A DNA stretch of 64,000 nucleotides from an uncultured archaeon (GTDB taxonomy: Archaea > Thermoproteota > Bathyarchaeia > Bathyarchaeales > Bathycorpusculaceae). The notes under the pieces are model-generated. The model did not search any database and was not told where the DNA came from. It worked only from the letters and a program-made list of their open reading frames with translations. Below are positions 54,778 through 64,000 of this stretch, in pieces. The DNA is taken from positions 1 to 64,000 of the forward strand of contig CAWALK010000022.1 of assembly GCA_963782915.1 (NCBI GenBank). The letters run 5' to 3'. Numbering within the stretch: the stretch's first letter is position 1; the number at the start of each line of letters is the position of its first letter. A program made the translations under genes and the position numbers.

Positions 54778-56916
54778 ATGGCTGTTGGTTCTAAAAAAAG
54801 AGATTTTATTTTTAGAATCCCCAAATCTGATCATCGAGAACTTCAAAAATCGCATGGTGGCGAACCTTACAGTGCAGAGGAACATGAGGAATTACTCGAA
54901 GAAATCGCTGAAAGGAAGCTTGATGAAAAATTCCAATCTACCGTTACGGCCATACGGAAAAAAGAAGTTAGAGATCACGGCGCTATGTACTTTGTTATTG
55001 AAATGGATGGGGTAGCGCCAGAGAGTCAAAAGGATAAATTGTTAAAGAAATTGGAAGCTACTGTTCACGATTACATAGATGAGTACCATTCAAAGGCTCT
55101 TATTTCTATTCCTACAAGGCTTGCCAGTAGGTATACTACAAGGAATTTACCCTTAGAGGTTAAGGAGCCCCTGCAGAATATTCGAGAAATAAAAAATGAA
55201 GAACAACTTAGCAAAAGCTTGCTAAAAAATGAAGGCTGGGTAGACTCTGGGAAAAGCATTTTGATACATATAATGCCCAACACGGACGAAGTAACAGCGA
55301 TAAAGTATCTCAACGGAATTGTTCAGTACTTGAAGCAAAAAAACAAGGACATAATCGCTGAAATGAACATCAAGTTGCACTTGTTAGTAGCCGTAATACA
55401 GCGTGCTGAAGCTGATGAACTGCTTAAAAAGGCAAACACAGTTTATAAATTGGAGCCCGTTCCTTCAGCAACAGTCGCAAGTATAATTGGGAAAAAACCC
55501 CGTATCAAAGCTAGGCCGGCTTCAACTTCCTCAGGTGGCAGTGGAAGATTACCTATAACTGGTCTCCCTTGGGTTTGTATACCAGATACAGGCGCAAACC
55601 CAATATCACAAATTTGTAATGTTCTCGAGCGGGATAAGGACATTTACTTCCGAGACACAGATGATAGCGACCCCAAAGGTCATGGTACACCCATTGCCCA
55701 CTTAGTTGCCTTTGGCGAAAACGGCACCTTACCTCGAGCAAGAGTTATTTCCTATAAAATATTTTCGCCTGAGATTAATGATATGGCTCTCGAAGGTATG
55801 GCGAGCGCACTTGAAAAATACTCACAGAACTGTAGGATTTTTAGCTCTTCAGTAACTTTTGATGCAACAGATAACGATAGTTTGTTTGCTTATTCAAAGT
55901 TGGGCCAAATAATTCAGGAAAAAAATGTGTGCTTTGTGGCCCCAGTTGGAAATATCTATGACGAATTAATCGACCGAAGGCGTTATCCGGGCATGCTTGC
56001 CAATTACCCTATTGATTTCCCAGCACAAAACCCTCAAGTCATCGCTGTAAGTTCAATTGCTAAGAAAGTAAAACCTGGCTCAATAGCCCCACCATATTGC
56101 CTATCGCCATTCACTAAAGCCGGAGGAACATTAACCGACATTTTGGATTCGACAAAACCAGATTTAGTGGAACACGGTGGGAATGTTTGCGATAATCTTG
56201 ACTCAACAGGTATTGGTGTGTGCTCCTTCCTCAAAGATGGAAGTCCATGTGACGATATACGCGGTTCAAGCTTTGCGGCACCTTTAGCAGCTGGAAAACT
56301 AGGACAAATCCTAGAGGAGAGTATGGAGAAAGAATTAAGAATGCTGAAACTTTAAAAGCAATATTATTGATGTCATGTGATAGGAAAGGCTTGGCCGGTT
56401 ATGGATATGGATTACCAGGCGCATTTTTAAATGCTGATGAAAACCAAGCGGTATTCATTTACGAAGGAATTATACGATTACCCGATCGTTCACAGGAAAA
56501 AGTTGAAATCGAATATCATGACAAAGTCTCAGTACCAGTACCGGCTGGGGACTGAAACGATTGATATGTGTTTGGTACATTCTGACAATTATATGCTCTC
56601 AAAGCCTTCTTTAAACACCTTCCTGCATGTGAAGGCTTGGAAAAGTGGTCGTCCAAGTTCGCCAATTCATCCAGATAACCGGGATGAACAAGATAAGAAA
56701 ACTAATGTTAAATTTTATAGATGGACCTTTGGGACTAAAAGTATGCAAGCGACTTGGGACTTCCATATTATTCCTGCACCAACGCAGTTTATAGATATTG
56801 CAAATTCACAAAAGACTTTTGTAAGATATGGATGCGTCATACTTTTAAGCTCGTTAGCGAGAAGATTTCGTCCACTTACTGACGACGTGTGGGCGGAGAT
56901 GAACAGGTGGAAATAA
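54778..56916 (+). CDS. S8 (subtilase) serine peptidase, IetS-like cytoplasmic type; frameshifts near 56320 and 56550
   Basis: Catalytic triad CIPDTG / GHGTPIA / GSSFAAP, oxyanion VGN, SPFT..G...KPDLVE.GGN, GYG.P; no signal peptide. Confidence 0.85.
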
Positions 56917-56921
56917 AGCAA

Positions 56922-57512
56922 ATGAGTAATGCAATTACATTAAGAAAATCATGCAAAGCAATGGGTAAATATGAAGCACCTTTAATCTCCAACCTCTGTA
57001 ACCATTTCGTTTCTTCTGGATTCAGTGCTTTTCCCCACGTTAGGCTTAATGTTGCATGGAGCTCAGCACTTTCGGATATTGACGCATTACTAATAAGAGA
57101 CCAAACAGTCGTTGCAATCGAGGTTAAATCCCGCCAAGACAACTTCTCAAGAGCAGAATACCAACTTGAGCGTCTCCGTGATTTTGTCGATTACTCCTAC
57201 ATAGCTGCGGAAAAAATACCGCACAATTTCTCAAATGAACGCTTTGGCCTTCTATTGCTTAATAATGGGAGCATTAGTGTCATAAAAAAAGCACCTACCC
57301 TAAAGTACAAACCAAGAATTGAGTCTTTAATGGCGCTGCCTAGAAAATGTCTTGTTGGTTTCTTAGGACCTTCATGCCCCAGCAGGCTCACAAAAAACGA
57401 ACTGGCTAGAGGAATTGCAAGCACTATCGATGATGACACAATCAAGAAGCGAATGAAAGCAATAGTCTTATGTTCTGGCTGCACTGGTAAAAAATGTGGA
57501 TTAATAATTTAA
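56922..57512 (+). CDS. PD-(D/E)XK restriction-endonuclease-fold protein (MmcB/sce7726-like) with Cys-rich C-terminus
   Basis: IDALL.....VAIEVKS..D...RA..QL..L....DYSYI; C-terminal CSGC...C. Confidence 0.72.
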   Translation: MSNAITLRKSCKAMGKYEAPLISNLCNHFVSSGFSAFPHVRLNVAWSSALSDIDALLIRDQTVVAIEVKSRQDNFSRAEYQLERLRDFVDYSYIAAEKIPHNFSNERFGLLLLNNGSISVIKKAPTLKYKPRIESLMALPRKCLVGFLGPSCPSRLTKNELARGIASTIDDDTIKKRMKAIVLCSGCTGKKCGLII

Positions 57513-57550
57513 TATATTTTCAAAAATCAAGTAGACAGAGGAGATTGCGG

Positions 57551-58953
57551 TTACATGTTGAGGATTTTAACCGCTTTCTGTGCCGCTCGTTTGTAGCTTT
57601 TCTTGGTTATCATGCCTTTCTGTATGCCGTTGAGTAGTTGCAGTATCATGCCTTGTTTGACGTGTTCGACCATCTGTTGTTCGGTGATGCCGGGGAGGCG
57701 CATGCAGTTGCCGATTTTAACGTTGTGAGTGGCGATGCCGTATTTTTGGGCTATGTGGTAGAGTTTGCTGCCGATGATTGGGTTAGTGATTGACCACGAA
57801 ATGTATTCGATGAGGTTGTCTCTTAGGCAGTTTTTGGCGAATTCCAGCGTGTTGTTGACTTCTTCGGGGGGTTCGTATTCGAGTTTGCCGTTGGTTTCCC
57901 AGGCGTTGTAGAGCATGAGGAACCCGTAGACTTTGATGCCGTATTTCTTTAGCAATTCGAGTGTGCGTACGTTGTCTGCTTGGGATGCGTTTTTGCCGAT
58001 GCCTTTGAGCACGCGGTCGTTGGCTGATTCCAAACCGATGTGGACAAGCCAAACGTTGACGTCACGGAGTTTCTGCGCTAATTCATCGTTGAGTTTGTCC
58101 GCTCTTAGGTTGCATTGGAAAGTCATGCCCTTGAGGTTCAGCTTTTGGATTTCGTCCAGTGTTTCGAGGCACCATTTAATATCCACGTTAAACGTGTCTG
58201 AACGCAGATAGATTTCCCTGACACCCCTGTCATAGAGGTAGTTTACTTCTTCAGCTATGTTCTTTGGTGAACGCTGGCGTATCCAGGGCTTCTCCAGCTT
58301 CCAAACTGGGTTGCTGCAGTAAGTGCAGTAGTTTGGGCAGCCGCGAATAGGAATAAATATGCCAGGCGTTTTTTTCTGCTTACGGCGGCATCATAGTTTT
58401 CGAAGTCGATTAGTTCCCAGGCGGGGAAGAAGTCGATGTCTTTTAGCAGGGGTCTTATGCCGTTGTTTTTTTGCTTGTTAACAGTGCCGACTATGTCGGT
58501 GATTGGTTGGTTGGCTTGGACTTTTTTGAGTAATTCACAGGTGGTTTCTTCGCCCTCGCCCACAATGCAAACTTCGACGGGGGTGTTGTTGAGGACATCT
58601 TGGGGGTCAATGGTGGGGTGTGCTCCGCCTGCAACCATTAGCATATCCAAACCCAACGCTTTGACTTTCGCTATAGTCTCAAACGACAAGTCTCTTCTCG
58701 GGGTTGTGAAAGAGATTGCGTAAACATCAGGCTCAATCGCCTTGACCTTCGCAAGATGCTCTTCGAGTGAGAGGAAGGGTTCGAGATAAGTAAATTCCAC
58801 ATCAGGCAACCGCGGCTTAGCGTAGCCGATGAGGTATAGGATTCCTAGGTTCGGTGATTCAGTTACGGCTTCCCCTTTCGATTCCAATCCAAACGGTGGA
58901 TCCGCAAAAACAACTCTAAGCTTCTTTGTGTTGGGTGCCATGTGTTTTGTCAC
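57551..58953 (-). CDS. B12-binding-domain radical SAM protein; frameshift near 58350
   Basis: PNLGILYL, AGGAHPT, GEGE, RGCPNYCTYC in the continuation frame, IGLES. Confidence 0.88.
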
Positions 58954-59013
58954 CGAAATGCCATCCCACTACAACTTTCCACTCATGCGTATATATTTTG
59001 CTGCACCCAGCCC

Positions 59014-59619
59014 CTATGCTCGCCTTGGGGGTTCGATCTCTCGCTGAATCAGCATCACATCATAAACCTTCGGTTCCCGTAGCACTCTGAATTTCTGGAG
59101 GTTAACCCCATTTCCAATGTTAGTTCCGCCAACTTTATTTTTCAACCATTCAGAAACACATAGCTTCCTTAGTGGCAAAGAATATGTAAATTTTGCCCTC
59201 TCTACGCGCTGGGTATCCTTAAAAAACCAGGGTTCATAATGCTGTACCAGATAAAACCCCTTACCTTTATTGCTGTAATAAGTGGGAAAAGCAGTAAAAC
59301 AAAAAGTAGCAACATTAATATCACAATTGGGAATCTCACCCATTATACGCCTCTCTCTATCCTCAAGATGGCCGTATCCATATTTGGCTAAGTATCTTCC
59401 AAAATATTTTCTTTCAAACCTATCTGTAAAGCTGAAAGGTACGTTTGGTACATTAATAATTTCAGCTTTCACATCTGGAAACCAATCGTAAACACTTTCG
59501 TCTCCAAGATGCGTAATTGTAACTTTATGGTTAAGTTTTACAAGACCGTTTGACAGCTCAAAAATAAATCGGGTACCACCAGAAAGATTCAGCCCTAAAC
59601 TGTTAAAGTTAATGTGCAT
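59014..59619 (-). pseudogene. C-terminally truncated GT4-family glycosyltransferase
   Basis: SGG.R.I.EL.N.L...H.V, D..VAT, Y.VQHYEPWF, CVS.WL, NGV...F; ends before the nucleotide-binding domain. Confidence 0.65.
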
Positions 59620-59792
59620 TATACCCGACCTAGGCTATTACTGGAAGGCCCAAGATTTATTTAAGTTGCCGTAATTACCCTCAAAACAGTCAGCAATATT
59701 ATAGCTCGATAACGATATGCAGAGCAGGTTACTAACTAAAATAACGAAATCTTTGATTAGCACTCAAACTAAACTGTAGAGGTGGCGATAAA

Positions 59793-60926
59793 GTGGCGAA
59801 ATTCCTAATAGTTCACCCATACCTTGACATCTATGGCGGCGGAGAAAGAGTCTGCCATAACGTAATCAAAACTCTAGTTAACCATGGACAAAAAGTGGAA
59901 TTGTTAACTTTTGACTTTGACCCAAGCAGATATCGCGACATCGTAGGTGAAGATTTCCCAAAGCAAGTGAGGTTCATTCTTTGGGAAAACGCACAGAAGA
60001 AAAGCCACCCTTTACAATCTATAAGCGACACCGCAACTTCGTCAAATTACTTAAAAAGTACCGAGGACAAGCTAGAATACGATTATCTCTTCTCCACACA
60101 ATCCTCCTCACCATTCGAACCAGTATTTTTGAATAAAGCCAAAAAGAATTTTGCCTATGTACATTTTCCAGAAATCCACTTTGACTATGCCAAAGGGACC
60201 TTCAAGAGGAAGCTTTACCTGTGGCTGTTTAAGCATTGGGTTGAGCAGGGCATCGACAAACTCGATATGGTTTTTTGCAACAGCAACTACACCAAAGAAG
60301 CCATGCTAAAACTCTGGAAAAGCCATGGAGTAAAAGACCCCATCGTAGTTTATCCTCCTGTTAATTTGGATAAGTTTTGGTGTGATAAGCCCTTGACGCA
60401 GCGGCGTAAGAGGGTTGTTTATGTAGCTCGGTTCATTCCAGTGAAGCGACACGAGATATTAAAGCGGTTAGCGGTGGACCTGCCCGATTGTGAGTTTGTA
60501 AGTGTAGGTGGCTTGATTGATGCAGAAAAAGCATGGTTTAACCGATTCCAAGAAAACCTTCCGCCCAATTATGGCTTAAAAACAAACCTGCCTGGACCTG
60601 AGCTGCTAAAGATACTGCAGGACTCCCGAATCTACGTTCACTTAATGCAGGGTGAACATTTCGGCATTGCCCCAGTCGAGGGATTAGCAAGCGGATGCGT
60701 CACGTTGGTCCATAACAGCGGCGGCATGAAGGAATTTATCCCGGAAGAATTCCGTTGGGAAACATATGACGACTTGAAAGCGAAAATACAAAGTTACATA
60801 CAAGACGACTATGGCAACACCAAATGGGGAAGCAAACGGGAAGAGTTATGGAGCAAAATCAAAGCAGTGGATCCACAAGCATTCGAGCAGAAAATATGGA
60901 GCAACATCGAGACAGCCCTTGAATAA
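59793..60926 (+). CDS. GT4-family glycosyltransferase (ALG11-like)
   Basis: HPY....GGGERV, YVHFP, NS.YT, VYPP, ARF.P.KRH, EHFGIAPVEGLASG, HNSGG. Confidence 0.9.
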   Translation: MAKFLIVHPYLDIYGGGERVCHNVIKTLVNHGQKVELLTFDFDPSRYRDIVGEDFPKQVRFILWENAQKKSHPLQSISDTATSSNYLKSTEDKLEYDYLFSTQSSSPFEPVFLNKAKKNFAYVHFPEIHFDYAKGTFKRKLYLWLFKHWVEQGIDKLDMVFCNSNYTKEAMLKLWKSHGVKDPIVVYPPVNLDKFWCDKPLTQRRKRVVYVARFIPVKRHEILKRLAVDLPDCEFVSVGGLIDAEKAWFNRFQENLPPNYGLKTNLPGPELLKILQDSRIYVHLMQGEHFGIAPVEGLASGCVTLVHNSGGMKEFIPEEFRWETYDDLKAKIQSYIQDDYGNTKWGSKREELWSKIKAVDPQAFEQKIWSNIETALE

Positions 60927-61032
60927 TCGTCTTTAAGTTGCGCTCACACATTTTATATGCTCTTTTACCTCATTAGGGCAATAGTATGCATATTTTAAGA
61001 GGCAAAACCCCAGAAATGAAGGGGATGAACGG

Positions 61033-61909
61033 ATGAAAGCATATGGAATAGTCATTGCTACTCACATGCCCCCCGAAAGCTTTTTTGAGACCATAGAGAA
61101 ACTCTCAGCCACCCCTAATCTGAGAGTTACATAGTAGATACCTCTGACACTGCTACCTCACAAAAAATAAAAAAACACATCCAAAATCTAAACGCCAAAA
61201 CAAACCAATCTCCACCAAATATGGGATATTATAAAATTTCAAAACGCCGGCATCGGCTACACATACAACTTTGGAATAAAAAAACCAATAGCCGACAACT
61301 GCGAGTTAATCACCCTCTTCACCGACGACGTAAGAGTACTAAACAAGGGATTACCCTTGGAGAATATCCGCAAGTTTTTTGAAGCAAACTGCAAACCATC
61401 AAAAGATGCTCTCGTGCTACCTCAGAATCCAGCCGAAATCTTGATGAAGAAAGAGAGAGCAGCGGATTCTGGCTTAACCTTCTCAGCGCAACTGTTTAAA
61501 AAAATCAGGTTTAGAGAAGAGTTCATTTTGGATCAAATCGACTTTGACTTTTCGAGGCAAATTCGACGGAGTGGCGGTAAATTTGTTGTTTACCCCGAAG
61601 TAGTGATTGATGTTTTGCCGATAGGAGGAGAGGTTCAGAAGGGGGAGCATGTGCTGCCTTTTTGGCGGTTGTATTTGTTAACGAGGAATTCTATTACGAT
61701 GAGTTTGGAAAGTGATACAAAGCTTAAGGATTTGAGGGATGAGGCTTTTTCTCAGATACTGCAGTGGGGCTTGTCTGGTTTTAGGTCTGGGCAGAGCATA
61801 TTTTTGGTTTTAAAGCGTATTTTTTGGTTGCGTCGATGGTTTTACTAAGCATTTAGGTGTTACTGCTTTTTTGCAGAATCTGTCCGGTAACAGGTTTAGC
61901 AAGCATTAG
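61033..61909 (+). CDS. GT2 (rhamnosyltransferase-like) glycosyltransferase; frameshifted
   Basis: MKAYGIVIATH start, DSG, FREEFILDQIDFDF, RLYLLTRN. Confidence 0.65.
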
Positions 61910-62096
61910 GGTGCAACTTTCACTGGAATTAACAGTTACCAATTTTTTACCGTCAACTTTTTCCATGCGTTAAGCTTCAAAAGCAGACCCTGAGCTAAAG
62001 CCCCTGCTTTGCAATAACTTTAAATCAAAAATAACCTTTACACCTAAAGGGGCGCAGGTACTTCGCCTGACAAAAGAAAAATTAGCCCACCAAATA

Positions 62097-63627
62097 ATGG
62101 TGTTTAGAGGGGAAAAGTTGGTAAATATTAAAAGAAAATTTCGCTTTCTGCCTAACTTAAAGTTGGCAAATACCCAGAATCCTACTGATGATGCAAGCAA
62201 AAGAGGCGTCTCCAAAGGCGGCAGTGGCAAACATTTTAGCAAAAAAGGAAAAGCTACAATTGGAGTTGTACTTATTGCGGTAGTTTTGGTTTCCTGTTTT
62301 GTATTCTACCCAAAGGCGAATACAACTGCACCGCCAATAAATAATGATCCGACTGCTTCACCAAATGCCACTCTTGAAGCAACTACAACTACCAACCCTA
62401 CCGCTACCCTAAACAATCCCACTCCTAGACCGTCTACACCACCCCAACCCATTCCTCAGCCAATCATCCCCCTTGATGAGAGTCACAAACTCATAAAAAA
62501 CAACAACCTGACCAAAGAAACATGGAAAAGAGTAGGAGAGTACGCTTGGGCCTATTTCCAACCTGGATCAGGAGTTGATTCAAATACAGGACTCCCAGGA
62601 TCAGGCCCATGGTGCCCGTTCTTTACTGATTGGGACTTAGGAGTATATGTCCAAGCTGTCCTTGATGCACAGGCAATAGATTTGATTGGTACAGGTGGAC
62701 CATGGGGAGCTAACGACCGCCTCGAAAAAGTAGTTACTTTCCTTGAGAACCGCGAACTTAACGCAACCACCCATTACCCATACTGGTTCTATCAAGGTAA
62801 CGGCGAAAACTACGCATCAGAATCCGACAAAGCCACAGATGTAGTCAATGTATGCTGATACTGGTCGATTATTCGTCGCACTCAACAATACCAGAACCTA
62901 CGCAGCAAAAAATGACCCCACCTTAGTCACCCGTATAAACAACGTAGTTTACAATACATACGGTAACAGGTCTAACTATGCCGCTTTAGTGCCAAGCTTG
63001 AAAGCTGAAAGCACCTACTCAACCAACATCTACGCGTACTACATAATCGCCGGCTTCGCTGGTTTCTGGCCTAAAGAACTCGCCGACGCACAAACTTCAA
63101 TTATAAATAACATGATGAACTCAGGCACCGTAACTACCCCAGAAAACGTAACCTTACCAAAAGGCAGACTTACAGGCGACCCACTATTCGGCGCAATATT
63201 TGACCTCACCAACAACCCACCACAATTGACAACGATTGCAAAACAAGTGTACCTCGCACATGAAGCCTACACCAACAGTACGGGTATGTATCGAGCGTTT
63301 AGTGAAGGACCAACAGGATCCACTGAATGGGCTTATGAATGGGTAGTGTATGATAACCAAACATGGGTTGTGCGAACAGGAGACGGAGACTACAACATAA
63401 CGCCCATAATCTACACCAAGATAGCATTCAGTTTCTTAGCTGTCTACAATTCAACCTACGCTAGAAACATGGTAATTTTCCTTGAAGATAGACTCGAAAA
63501 ACCCGACAGGGGATACTACAACGGCATCAACGAAGCTGGATCAGCACTTATAGATTCAGGCATACATACTGACGGCTTAATTTTGGGCGCCTGCAAATAT
63601 GCTATTCAGCATTACCCCAGCCCCTAA
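62097..63627 (+). CDS. membrane-anchored DUF3131-like (alpha/alpha barrel glycoside hydrolase/transglycosylase-like) protein; frameshift near 62850
   Basis: TM + P/T linker, AW.YF...TGL...T.WDLG.Y..A...A..., DTGRL..AL, AFSEG, TK.AF. Confidence 0.6.
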
Positions 63628-63737
63628 TTTTTTAGGGGCACTCTTTAGCTACGCAAGCGTTTTTTCCAAGTTTTTTGCACTGGAAAGGGTTTATAATATA
63701 AACAGCGTTTCAGTTACGCTTGGCAAAAGAAGAAGCA

Positions 63738-64000
63738 ATGATAAAACTAAGAATCGACGTTGACTACCCTTACCCTTCAAGAGCTAAAAGCTTCCTATAC
63801 GTAGCCTTGCGAATTAAAAATGGAAAAAACAAAGATTACCTCAGAAACGCCGCGTCATAGCACAGATGGTTAATGAATCGACAACCATGTTATGGCTTAT
63901 TGGTTTTTCACTCCATACACTATCCCAGACAAAGGCTACTTGACCTGTTAGACCCAAACAAGCATGAAGATCGCCCTCCACGTAGCAAATAAGCCCATCG
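63738..64000 (+). CDS. hypothetical protein, possibly polysaccharide-deacetylase-like; runs off window and is frameshifted
   Basis: MIKLRIDVDYPY..., AYWFF, HE.ALH motifs. Confidence 0.5.

Noticed and set aside
59025-59050. GGTTCGATC as a possible tRNA T-loop
   Set aside because: No cloverleaf, acceptor stem or anticodon arm can be formed

Overview
Archaeal chromosomal segment. Gene content and style (TFB, Gar1, L7Ae/S28e/L24e/L40e, Alba, CofE, DapL lysine pathway, Mtd, many secreted proteins with C-terminal anchors, winged-helix/TM regulators) point to a TACK-type archaeon, probably Bathyarchaeia; this assignment is inference. About 55 genes are recognisable. Many are split by single-base frameshifts, including the essential argS, which most likely reflects long-read indel errors rather than real decay. 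No tRNA, rRNA, CRISPR array or intact transposase was seen. Best candidates for something new: (1) a foreign-looking two-gene operon (54778-57512) pairing an IetS-like S8 protease with a small PD-(D/E)XK nuclease, with no AAA ATPase partner, a candidate protease-gated defence system; (2) a modular, dispersed intergenic repeat family with ACCCCCTCCCC-TATWTATAG and CAACAACAACCA...GCAAGCAG modules, found in at least 7 intergenic regions and partly tandem; (3) a divergent GCS2 + RLAN + RimK peptide-ligase cluster with a CPA2 antiporter, next to two deoxyhypusine-synthase paralogues. A candidate NikR operator, an FrhB/MetF-like pair, a bacterial-type GAPDH, an Mtd and an arrestin-fold protein are also noted. 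All family calls come from motif recognition by eye, not database searches.
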